55,539 nt of DNA, taken from positions 1 through 55,539 of the forward strand of contig JAUCBJ010008838.1 in the NCBI GenBank assembly GCA_032718475.1. The letters are read 5' to 3'. The notes beneath the pieces are model-generated. The model was given only the letters and a program-made list of their open reading frames with translations. It was not told the origin of the DNA and did no database searches. Each line of letters opens with the position of its first letter. The first letter of the stretch is position 1. The DNA is from Nemertoderma westbladi (lineage: Eukaryota; Animalia; Xenacoelomorpha). Both the position numbers and the translations under genes were made by a program. Positions 10,120 through 20,173 of this stretch are shown here, one piece after another.

Positions 10120-13100
10120 ATGACTGAATTAATAGAAGATGATCTTGGTATCAGGGAGAGATATACTCTACCTTTACAAGCGTTTGTCGATAGCTTGATA
10201 CGCGGCGACGCTGATCCAACTACTACGGAGGACGATGGTCGTTATATCGAACCGCCAATGTCCCAGGAGCAACTTACGCGTGAATTGGATTATAGAAAGT
10301 TCACGGCTCGCTATACGCATCGTAATGGTACGTATATGGACTTCTTGACTACTGGTCACCCTATTGATTTACACGATACGGACGATGTAGACACCGAAAG
10401 GGAAATGGTTTTATTTAAATATCATACCCAGCGGAGTCGAAACGATAAATCGAGAATAGAACACGAGAACTCTATTCGAAACAAACTCGAAAGAGAAGAC
10501 GTTGAAGAACCTGATAAACGTAACGGTTTCAACGATTATCTAGAATTCTTACGAGAGACCTATCTCAATGTTGCCAGTCAACAAAATCTCGAAACTCGAT
10601 ATCCTCAAGGTATACATCCAGATCCTATAATGGAACTCAAACGGCTCTATTTTATGATGATGTATCTTACCGCCGATCGACCGCTACCTGTCGTTCCAGA
10701 TAGCTTCGAACAGATGGAGGAATATTGTAAAACTGGAGAGCGATCACCCGCGTTTCCCCTTCAAGACGTGCGTCTTTGGTATTACTGTGACGAATGCCCT
10801 AGACCTAACCAGCAAATCGAAAGGCATAAACATCCTCGGAGACGTTGCGCTAAACACAGTTTTACGCGATATACTTATGGGAGTTTCGAGCGTAACCTTT
10901 TCGACGTATCACCTACGGTCGCGCGCCTTAAGCGATCATTGAATAAACCCATGATCAGAGTTCCGGAATACTCGGTCAGACCTCCCCATTCACAAGTGAT
11001 ACCTCAAACTCTAGACCCTAATAGTATTACGGATCCTCCCGAACTGTACTCACTGTTCAAAGATCTAGTGTTACCTGAACATTTGATTGGTGGCACTCCG
11101 GTAGTGGGTTCGTTGGATATTCGCCAACCTTACCTCGCTGGACTAGGACGCGGTCATCTAATATCACCGTTTAACCCCAACAACCGTCCTGGCCTTCCCC
11201 CGATCCAACCTGTTACAGAAGTCGAAGAGAGCGTGATACGAAATGCATTGGACGCTATTCGGCAGAAAATCGGAAAAGGAACTTACGATTGCTTGGAGAA
11301 ACGTAAATTGCAACAACAAGTCCAAGCGGTGAAAGAACTAGCTTTACCCCAGTTCGATAGAGAAATACAAAATCTAGAGGAGGACATCGAACGTGGACGA
11401 ACCTACTCTTTACAGGAATTCCTGGACGAGCGCTTGCAACAACAAGCGGAGGAAAATCAGCTCGAGGAAAGACATATAGAGCTGACTGAGAGGGAAGAAG
11501 CAGCTTTAGCTCAACCAGAAGCTCAAATTCTCGTGACGGATCTCTATTCCAAAACGATCCTCCACCCCTCGATGGTTCCTCAGTTTAAAGACAAGCTCTT
11601 TGCTACGGTACAACCTCAACCGGTTAATACTGATCTCAGATCTCACGAGCTTGTTGCTGACGCTCCCATGCTACAACGTCCACCCGTCGAGGCCGCTCGT
11701 GTAGATGGTTTACTTGTTGAGCCTCCGGACAATAGAGCGGATCTTGTCCGTCACATGGTGCACAATGTTAACATACGCGCTAGACCTTTACCGGACTCAT
11801 TTTATGGAATTAAGGATCACCCTTATTACGTCAATTTGAAGCAATATTACATGATGAAACCGGAAGATCCTACGCATAGTCTGAGGTTCCTACCATTAAT
11901 TAATCCTCTCGATCTTGTCGAACTCGAACAACTACAAAAACACCTAGATCAGCTAGTTAAACTAAACTCATTTCGAAAACCGTATAATATTTCTAGAATA
12001 GAGAAAGAAATATCACCTCCGTACAATCTTGATGGATTCATTAAAACTCGATTAGTGCACTGGAATCTTGACGTGTTATTAGAGGAAGAAAGAATAAAAC
12101 GATATGGAGATGTGGAAACCTATACTACACAATGCTTAAAGTATAGAGATCTACCCAATGCTAACGAGTGCGCTACTTTGTGGCATCCAGTGGGAATGAC
12201 TCTCGAAAACGCCACTAAAGAATGGAACGAGACTCTTAACGTTATCGAGATGTATGGCGTTGTTACTTATGACAACGAAGGTAGCGTTCCGGTGGGAGAA
12301 CTAGGAACTACGCGAATGATACATATACGAGGACTCGCTGGTTCTACCCACGTATTCACTCGAGCGTGTTCCGACGTGATTGATTATTCTTTTGAAACTC
12401 TTACAGAGATACAAAAGAAACTTCGACATGGACAATTCGAGCTCGCGCAGCGTTACGTCACCGACACCGAGCGCAAACCGGCCATGGGTATCGATGGATC
12501 AATGTTACCCCAACCTGTACTCGAAATGTTGTTTAACGAAAGAATTCTAAAAATCGGCTCAGCTGTTTATGGAGATCTCCAAAACGACTTCCGGAATATG
12601 GAGAACATTCCATACCCTTTCGTTGATACTCAGCTGATTGCTCCTTGGGCCGAAGGCCGAGGTTTCTTTCGCACTATGTATGCTAATACACCCAGCGGCA
12701 TTACTAAAGTACAACGGACATCCATCGGACATCTTGCCTTTCAAGAATATGGTTGGAATTTCAAAGTTGGAAATCCTATCAATTACCAGCAAGTATATGG
12801 AGATCATTACTCTCGTTTATATTTTGATGGACCGTTAACTGCGCCTGGTGCCGTATATAGCTTTATGAGTGTTCCACTTCGTCCTTCCTTAGCTATATAC
12901 ACGATCTTTGAAAACGCAGCACTTGCCGGTTGGCTAGCCGATGTGTGCAGTCGTACCATACGCGCTCACCCATTAATACTTGGGACTAAACTCGCCAAGT
13001 TAGACGAACACAATAAGTTTATATGTTTCGAATGTTTCCGGCGCTTTCTGACTCCGTTTCGTAACGTCGATAGTCAGTTCAAGGACCGCGCGCTGACCAA

Positions 13101-14373
13101 ACTCAGTCTGAGAGACTCAGCTGCGGAGAAACTGAGTAGCGCTGGATTTGCCGTTTTTCAAGATATTTGTATACAGAACTTACATTCATCTGTTATACAA
13201 AGACCTCGAATACCTACAGGATATTCTGTCGTGGAAATACAGACAGTGGGTCCACTTACGGAAACAGACGCACCCACTTCGTCTATGCAGCTGGAGGATG
13301 AGCCAGTATGCTTGGAATCAGAAGCGATTCAGCCCACAGCTTCCCGGAGCAGTGACAATAATTATGTTATAGAGTGGTATCAAGGTCCACAACGTCTCAC
13401 AGCGTACGATTATCGACACGCCAACTACGTTTCTCGAAAACGTTGTCGATTATGTGCATCGAGAGACCACTTCACCCCTCTCGACTCCAACGCACCTTGC
13501 TCCTATTTCCTCGAACAACCGATGATGGAAATATATTGTGCTTATTGCAGACTTAATAACTCTCATATTTTTGCCGTCTGCCCACAATTTATGACTCAAT
13601 GTCACTACTGTCAACTTAAAGGACATGAAAGTTACAATTGTCCCTTTAATCGCGATTTAGAGAGCGTAGACGAGATGATCACCCTGCGATACATCCGAGC
13701 TTGGGAAGCGAATGCGGATTTACATTGCGAATCCCGACATCGCTACTACCCTGGACGAGCTTACGAGGGAGTTTATGCGTTCCATCCTTACCTATTCGCG
13801 TCGATTGAACAGAAAACACGCGTACCAAGTTACGAGTTAATGAAGCGTGTTGGTGAGTGTATTTCCACCAAGTTTGTCAGAAAATACCTTAGAAACGTCA
13901 ACCCTAATGATATAACCACCTATCACCTGATCAATTTTATACGTCAGGACCCTGAGTATGGCGACATCTTTGTAAACTCGCATCCTGAACTACAGGAAAT
14001 ATCTCGGCGACCATATGAATATCGAACCCGAGAACGCGAGCTGGAGAGAACCATTAAACCGAAAAAGTTCCTCACCACTCACGGTCCACCCACCGCTAGT
14101 GTCCAGACGACCCGTCAAGGACCCGTGGGAGCTGCTGTCCTGAGACGCACTCTAAAGGCCGTTAGACCTCGCTCCACTGAGGTTGATATTAATCAACCAG
14201 GTACTTCGACCGGCGGGTATACCGATCGTAATCCTACACCTTCTGATGCAATCGTATTGCACCCTTCGCCTAGGAGCTACAGCCCTCCTCATAAAGTGGC
14301 TCGCCCCAAAGAGAAAAGGACTCTTGCGAGCCTCAAGAAACTGCGTAAACGCCGTCCGCGCAAGAAAGACTAA
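10120..14373 (+). CDS. Element-encoded accessory protein ORF3: DEDDy (WRN/EXD/Mut-7-like) 3'-5' exonuclease domain, CCHC zinc-knuckle array, basic C-terminal tail
   Basis: Intact 1417-aa ORF inside the element. VVTYDNEG (ExoI), LPQPVLEMLFNERILKIGSAVYGD (ExoII), FVDTQ, SIGHLA, PLRPSLAIYTIFE (ExoIII-like); CRLC..H, CAYC..H..C, CHYC..GH..C; ends KKLRKRRPRKKD. Confidence 0.8.
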   Translation: MTELIEDDLGIRERYTLPLQAFVDSLIRGDADPTTTEDDGRYIEPPMSQEQLTRELDYRKFTARYTHRNGTYMDFLTTGHPIDLHDTDDVDTEREMVLFKYHTQRSRNDKSRIEHENSIRNKLEREDVEEPDKRNGFNDYLEFLRETYLNVASQQNLETRYPQGIHPDPIMELKRLYFMMMYLTADRPLPVVPDSFEQMEEYCKTGERSPAFPLQDVRLWYYCDECPRPNQQIERHKHPRRRCAKHSFTRYTYGSFERNLFDVSPTVARLKRSLNKPMIRVPEYSVRPPHSQVIPQTLDPNSITDPPELYSLFKDLVLPEHLIGGTPVVGSLDIRQPYLAGLGRGHLISPFNPNNRPGLPPIQPVTEVEESVIRNALDAIRQKIGKGTYDCLEKRKLQQQVQAVKELALPQFDREIQNLEEDIERGRTYSLQEFLDERLQQQAEENQLEERHIELTEREEAALAQPEAQILVTDLYSKTILHPSMVPQFKDKLFATVQPQPVNTDLRSHELVADAPMLQRPPVEAARVDGLLVEPPDNRADLVRHMVHNVNIRARPLPDSFYGIKDHPYYVNLKQYYMMKPEDPTHSLRFLPLINPLDLVELEQLQKHLDQLVKLNSFRKPYNISRIEKEISPPYNLDGFIKTRLVHWNLDVLLEEERIKRYGDVETYTTQCLKYRDLPNANECATLWHPVGMTLENATKEWNETLNVIEMYGVVTYDNEGSVPVGELGTTRMIHIRGLAGSTHVFTRACSDVIDYSFETLTEIQKKLRHGQFELAQRYVTDTERKPAMGIDGSMLPQPVLEMLFNERILKIGSAVYGDLQNDFRNMENIPYPFVDTQLIAPWAEGRGFFRTMYANTPSGITKVQRTSIGHLAFQEYGWNFKVGNPINYQQVYGDHYSRLYFDGPLTAPGAVYSFMSVPLRPSLAIYTIFENAALAGWLADVCSRTIRAHPLILGTKLAKLDEHNKFICFECFRRFLTPFRNVDSQFKDRALTKLSLRDSAAEKLSSAGFAVFQDICIQNLHSSVIQRPRIPTGYSVVEIQTVGPLTETDAPTSSMQLEDEPVCLESEAIQPTASRSSDNNYVIEWYQGPQRLTAYDYRHANYVSRKRCRLCASRDHFTPLDSNAPCSYFLEQPMMEIYCAYCRLNNSHIFAVCPQFMTQCHYCQLKGHESYNCPFNRDLESVDEMITLRYIRAWEANADLHCESRHRYYPGRAYEGVYAFHPYLFASIEQKTRVPSYELMKRVGECISTKFVRKYLRNVNPNDITTYHLINFIRQDPEYGDIFVNSHPELQEISRRPYEYRTRERELERTIKPKKFLTTHGPPTASVQTTRQGPVGAAVLRRTLKAVRPRSTEVDINQPGTSTGGYTDRNPTPSDAIVLHPSPRSYSPPHKVARPKEKRTLASLKKLRKRRPRKKD

Positions 14374-14443
14374 CTGTTTAGAGTATTTTTATATTTTAGA
14401 AACTGTGATTTTGTATATTTTATAGACTTAAATCCCATTTTCT

Positions 14444-14451
14444 GGGAGCGG
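14444..14451 (+). promoter_or_regulatory. Polypurine tract of element 1
   Basis: GGGAGCGG immediately before the TGT LTR start; GGAGCGG also precedes the LTRs of elements 2 and 3. Confidence 0.8.
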
Positions 14452-15654
14452 TGTAAAAGCTTTTGTGGGATAACTGGTTCGTTTGCTTTGCTGGCCAGTT
14501 CCCCCCCGGTCGCTAGAATACTCAAAAAGGGATCTATAGTTAAAATAGTGCAAGCTACCAGCTTATTGGCTGATTTGCTGTACGCAGGTATCTGGGCTCT
14601 GTTTAATCGGCCAACCAGCCTAAGAGGGTTGCGTCATAGCCCTGTTTTTGTATCTCCCAATAGAATTTGAGTTAGCCTTGATTTTGACCTATCACAGAGC
14701 TACTGAACTGAATTTTTCCTATCTCACTGCTCTTTCTCTGTGTTGAACAAGAGCTTCGTGGAATAAGTGTAGTTGGTATTCTCGTATAGAGTAGTAGTCA
14801 CGAGTTTTTCAAAGCCACGAAAGAACGGCTTTGTAGTGTTTTGTGCTTTTCTGCTTTTTAGCCCAACACTAGTAGGTTTAATTATAGGGACATATATCCT
14901 TTAACAAACTGTGAATATCACTCTACAAACAACTGATCAAACTGCAAATTGCAAACTCATAACAATCAGTGTTCAGTTGTTGTTTTATACTGCTATTTAC
15001 TGTCAGTTCTTCATAATATGGTTGATGAATTATTATATTTGGAATAACGATAAATAACCCCGAAACCCAATATTCTTGATATACCGAAGGTAAGAGAGAA
15101 AGGTTACAGATAAACGATTGTGACTTATGTTAAAGTGGTTTGAAGTGAATCGAATGTTATTTGATAGACCCTACATGAGTCAGTCTGTGTTCCTTTTATA
15201 TGTGACTAAAATCAGTGAAGATCGGCAGATTAGTGTGCAATATTGTGCAGCATTGTGTATGAGTGAGTCTGTTAAAGAAGCATTTCCTAAAGAATGCGCC
15301 ATATATGTGAATTATAACTAAACCATATCGTCGTGAGTAGTTTAAGTCATAACTCTGCTTATATAGATAGAGCGCCACGTCCTAAAGGAACTGTTAATAT
15401 TCCCCGAAGGTGAATAATATTGTCAGAGATTATATAATACTGTCAGTCGAATAATACATTAGGCTTACATAGCAATAAGATTAAGCCGTCGAACCCAATC
15501 TCCCGGGTATAACCAGCGGGTGAATGATCGCGCACAGATTGGTTTCGACTAGTGTAGTGAATCAAATACTTGTCGTAGGCTAAAAGGCGATTTAATATCT
15601 AGAAGACATCCTAATTTGGCGGGTTAAACTGCCAAAGGTCTGAAAGCGCGAACA
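14452..15654 (+). repeat. 3' LTR of element 1 (~1.2 kb, TGT...ACA)
   Basis: Starts TGTAAAAGC and ends GCGCGAACA; homology with 52782-54013 (-) stops at this ACA. Confidence 0.9.
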
Positions 15655-16058
15655 TCAATGTTTTGCCGCCAATCCTCTGCTGTGTGTTTCTAACAGTGCA
15701 ACTGGTACATACAGTACTATTGTACCGGTACCGGTACATTGCTGTACTACTGTACACAGTACTATTGTCTGTCAGCAATGTTACTTATGCCTTCTTCTAT
15801 TATACTGTAGTTATTATATATATTCAGACATTTGTAATCTAAAATAATAATAGAAACACAATGACAGCTACTCAGTTGCAGTTGCTCTACTATCTATTAC
15901 ACCATAATAGTTTATAATAATTGCAGTCTTTGATTAAACTCTAATGACTGTCTGCTGTAGGCCTATAATAAAAAACTTCTGTACAGTAGCTTTAACGACA
16001 TTCACTGATACTGATTCTTCAACTTTTGTAAGAAAGTTAAAATACAAAAACTGTAAAA

Positions 16059-16316
16059 ATGTTACCATTAACTCTTCAACTTCTATCTCTGCTGGCCGCT
16101 GCTGTTTTCATTCCATCGGTAAATCCAATTGTGCGCTGCGATAAATATTGTCCTTTGGAATACCAACCGAAATTAAACCCCAAAGATGGTAAGAGGTACC
16201 TCAACCAGTGCGCTATCGATGTTGCCGAATGTAATAAAAATAAAACTGGGATTATTAAAGACAGCAACAATAGTCCTACTAAGGTTGGCTTATTAATACA
16301 TTACAGTATATATTAA
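16059..16316 (+). CDS. Small secreted atypical Kazal-type protease inhibitor-like peptide (possibly first exon only)
   Basis: Hydrophobic signal-like N-terminus; CDKYCPLEYQP...DGKRYLNQCAIDVAEC follows the Kazal pattern but lacks Cys III and Cys VI. Confidence 0.7.
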   Translation: MLPLTLQLLSLLAAAVFIPSVNPIVRCDKYCPLEYQPKLNPKDGKRYLNQCAIDVAECNKNKTGIIKDSNNSPTKVGLLIHYSIY

Positions 16317-16585
16317 ATTTATATAAATTGGATTGAAGGCAATTGGAGTGTAGGAGTGTAGGCAGGTTAGTAAATTAAATTAAAATGACTAAGGAACCAA
16401 TATACTAAATGATTAAATAATTAGAGATACTGGAGCTTTAATTTTATGGTGACGGTGAGGGTTGGTTCTTCTATAAGAGGGTAAATAGAACATCAGTATG
16501 TACGCACATATAAAAATAGTTATTTATTACGTAGATAATAAAGTATTACTTTGTCACTATTATCATTGTATTTTATGAAGCTATA

Positions 16586-16837
16586 GGACAATTCCGACCC
16601 GGACAATTCCGACCCGGACTATTCCGACGCGGACAATTCCGACCCGGACAATTCCAACCCGGACAATTCCGACCCGGACTATTCCGACACGGACAATTCC
16701 GACCCGGACAACTCCGACCCGGACTATTCCGACCCGGACAATTCCGACCCGGACTATTCCAACCCGGACAATTCCGACCCGGACTATTCTGACCCGAACA
16801 ATTGTCCAGGTCGGAATTGTCCGGGTCGGAATTGTCC
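16586..16837. repeat. 15-bp tandem array (GGACAATTCCGACCC) ending in 2-3 inverted units
   Basis: About 14 direct units, then ATTGTCCAGGTCGGAATTGTCCGGGTCGGAATTGTCC. Confidence 0.9.
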
Positions 16838-17047
16838 AGATACATATAAATAAAAATAATTAATATAAATCACCGGTAGGCCTAATCAATAACAAAACTG
16901 TGTTCTGAGAACGCTAATATTTTTCTTAATTGATAGCTAATTATTATTTTAGGAAACGAGGTGAAACCTCATAAGGCTATCCCTCCATTTTAATCTAATA
17001 TTGCACATTTTCTACTTGTTTTTTATTTAATTTTTCTGTTTTATTGG

Positions 17048-17149
17048 TGTCTACCTTGTTTTATTTTTTGTCTACCTTGTTTTATTTTTGTCTACCTTGT
17101 TTTATTTTTGTCTACCTTGTTTTATTTTTGTCTACCTTGTTTTATTTTT
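17048..17149. repeat. 20-bp tandem repeat (TGTCTACCTTGTTTTATTTT) x5
   Basis: Read directly from the sequence. Confidence 0.9.
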
Positions 17150-17931
17150 CTGTACGTATGTGATACTACTTTTTAAACTGTAGCTACGTAACTGATATAT
17201 TTTAAACTGTAAAGTTAATTTTATTTCAAGTAAATGCGAAATACCATATGTATAATACATATATATTAATCAATTGTAGTAGGCCTATCCTAAATAACAA
17301 CTTGGAAATCGTTTTAAACTACAGTATTAATCTTTGTTATAATGATGTCAACTCAATCTTTGCATATTTTTAAATACTTTCACTTTGCCCTTTTCTGGTT
17401 TGTATCTGATAATTATCTTTTAACAAAAGTATATACTGATAATTCGTTTTAAACTAATTACCACAATACGTATCAATCCAACCTTTTCAACTCGATCGTT
17501 TTAAACTATTAATCTCTAGTATAACGAGGTCGATAGAAACTAATTTTTGGACCCTCATGGAAACGAGACAGGCACCCCATGAGGCTATCCATAAACTGTA
17601 ACACAATATCTCGACAATTGTATACTTGTATACAATTGTATAATTATTATACAATTGTACAATTGTATACTTTATTATACTTAGTTTAGCACCGTAAATT
17701 AATTTATCTGTTTTATTATTTAATACTTTTATTAATATACTGTACTTTTTTCGACATACTGTATATTCTTCTACTGTACTTTGAAATCATATCGATGCTT
17801 ATGTAATTACCTTCCTTTATGTATATATTTTATTCAAAGTTTGTCTTTGTAAATATGCCACACCATAACTATTGAGCGACCACCTGATATATCGTAATTG
17901 TCTTACTGTGTCATACAGTATATTTATTTAA

Positions 17932-18645
17932 ATTGTATGTGTCTTTTTTACTTTGTATGTGTCTTTTTTACATTGTATGTGTCTTTTTTACATTGTATGT
18001 GTCTTTTTTACATTGTATGTGTTTTTTTACATTGTATGTGTCTTTTTTACATTGTATGTGTCTTTTTTACATTGTATGTGTCTTTTTTACATTGTATGTG
18101 TCTTTTTTACATTGTATGTGTCTTTTTTACATTGTATGTGTCTTTTATACATTGTATGTGTCTTTTTTACATTGTATGTGTCTTTTTTACATTGTATGTG
18201 TCTTTTTTACATTGTATGTGTCTTTTTTACATTGTATGTGTTTTTTTTACATTGTATGTGTCTTTTTTACATTGTATGTGTCTTTTTTACATTGTATGTG
18301 TCTTTTTAACATGATGTGTCTTTTTTACATTGTATGTGTCTTTTTAACATTGTATGTGTCTTTTTTACATTGTATGTGTCTTTTTAACATTGTATGTGTC
18401 TTTTTTACATTGTATGTGTCTTTTTTACATTGTACTGTATGTGTCTTTTTTACATTGTATGTGTCTTTTTTACATTGTATGTGTCTTTTTTACATTGTAT
18501 GTGTCTTTTTTACATTGTATGTGTCTTTTTAACATTATGTGTCTTTTTTACATTGTATGTGTCTTTTTAACATTATGTGTCTTTTTTACATTGTATGTGT
18601 CTTTTTAACATTGTATGTGTCTTTTTTACTTTGTATGTGTCTTTT
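17932..18645. repeat. 20-bp minisatellite (CATTGTATGTGTCTTTTTTA), roughly 35 units
   Basis: Read directly; it explains the spurious ORFs at 17898-18608. Confidence 0.95.
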
Positions 18646-18897
18646 ATTAATGTTGCCGTAAACTTTGTACGTTACTTAGTGATAAAAAAATCAATCAATC
18701 AATACCATATACACGTGATTTATTGTAAACTACTGTACAGAGTTACACCATTTATGTTACCTGAGGCAAGTCAATTTTATTATATAATTTTAAACATGTA
18801 TTATCCTGCCGTCCATTAATTTACTGATTTACAGTAATTGGACAGCCCGATTTACTTAAAACAATGTAAAATAAATTACCGGTAAATTAGGATTCGC

Positions 18898-19075
18898 AAT
18901 AATTTTTCTTAAATAAATTGGAGATGAGCTGTTGCAACTGTAATTAAAGGTGTAATATTATGAGTTTGTTCAGAAGTGGAAAAAATGAGAAAGCGCGTCA
19001 CCGGGGGTTGAACCAGCGCTATACGGTGACGCGCTTTCTCATTTTTTCCATAATATTACACCAATAATTTTTCTT
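18898..19075. repeat. Short fold-back insertion with 13-bp flanking direct repeat and tRNA-like B-box fragment
   Basis: AATAATTTTTCTT at 18898 and 19063; inverted arms within 18949-19062; minus strand reads GGTTCAACCCCCGGTGACGCGC. Confidence 0.55.
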
Positions 19076-20173
19076 GTCCGTTTAAATCCTTTTTTGTCCT
19101 TTTTTTTTACTTTTTATGTCCTCCAGAAATCTACCGTTAGGTTACTTGCTACCGGTTTCTCTACTGCTGTTCTCTTAGGCTATAAGTACCGGTATTAGAA
19201 TATATAGAGCACTATTTTGCAGTATTGCTGTATTGTATGTACAGATGTAGGTATAAAGCAGGTATTTTAGTACCGGCACCGGTACTGCTGTATGCCTACT
19301 GTGTAGCCTACCATTTAAATACGGTAATGGTAGGCCTACCGGCTGACCTTGTGCTAATAAATTGTGTTAATAAATTACAGGTGGAGAAATTGTATTAATT
19401 TTATTTGAAATATAATTTAATTGAATTTATGTAATTTGAAATGTAAATCAATGATGCTGTCTCTTTAAGCTGTCCCATTCCATCAAATGTTCATGACATA
19501 GTTTATTGTTATGTTCATGACATAGTTTATTGTTTTGGTTAGAAAAGACCATCTATGTAACCTGCTCCTTTCCTTCATTTGGTAAAGTGATTGTTTATTG
19601 TTTTGGTTAGAAAATCCCGCCTCTGTAACCTACTCCTTTCCCTGATTTGGTAAAGTGACCGTTTCCCTGCAAACAATGTATTGTTAAAAAGCTGTTATTA
19701 AAATGTTATTTAATGACATAGATAACATTATTTGAAATGGTTAGATTAATGATAAAAAAAACTGTAAATTTGCCAAGAAATATGACGTTATATACTAACG
19801 TTATTATTTCGTTTTTAATAACATTAAAATAACAAAGCCAGGATGGTTACATATATCATTACTTTTATGTTATTCCTTATCATTATTATTGCATTTTTAT
19901 TGACATTAAAATAACAACGGCATAAGGTTTATTTAGATCGTTACTTTTATGTTATTTCTTAACATAAAAATATTGTTTGCTAAAAATGTAACATTAAATT
20001 TACGTGCATTCAAGTCCTTATCTCATGTTTTATGGTTGGTTCGCTTGCTCAAAGTAATAATCCCCCTCCATTGCCGTTCCTTATATCGTTCTTCAGTTCT
20101 TTGTAATTGCCAAACCCTTATTGGATAATTCATTAATAATTTCCCTACGCATGTTGATATGGTAGACCTAGTG

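Larger units (their letters stand above)
1..15654 (+). mobile_element. BEL/Pao LTR retrotransposon, element 1 (5' LTR outside window; leader, gag-pol, extra ORF3, PPT, 3' LTR)
   Basis: Domain order Gag knuckles-PR-RT-RH-IN with Pao-type motifs; PPT GGGAGCGG followed by a TGT...ACA LTR. Both LTR ends are confirmed by the related copy at 52782-54013. Confidence 0.93.

Noticed and set aside
10120-14373. ORF3 as an envelope gene
   Set aside because: No signal peptide, transmembrane anchor or fusion-protein pattern; it has nuclease motifs, knuckles and a basic tail.
10120-14373. ORF3 as an independent host gene
   Set aside because: Intronless, directly followed by PPT and LTR, and the same ORF3-PPT-LTR linkage recurs in element 3 at a different insertion site.
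16573-18819. Cys-rich or hydrophobic repeat ORFs (16573-16845, 17898-18819) and a CRISPR-like look
   Set aside because: They are translations of 15-bp and 20-bp tandem repeats; there are no unique spacers and no cas genes.
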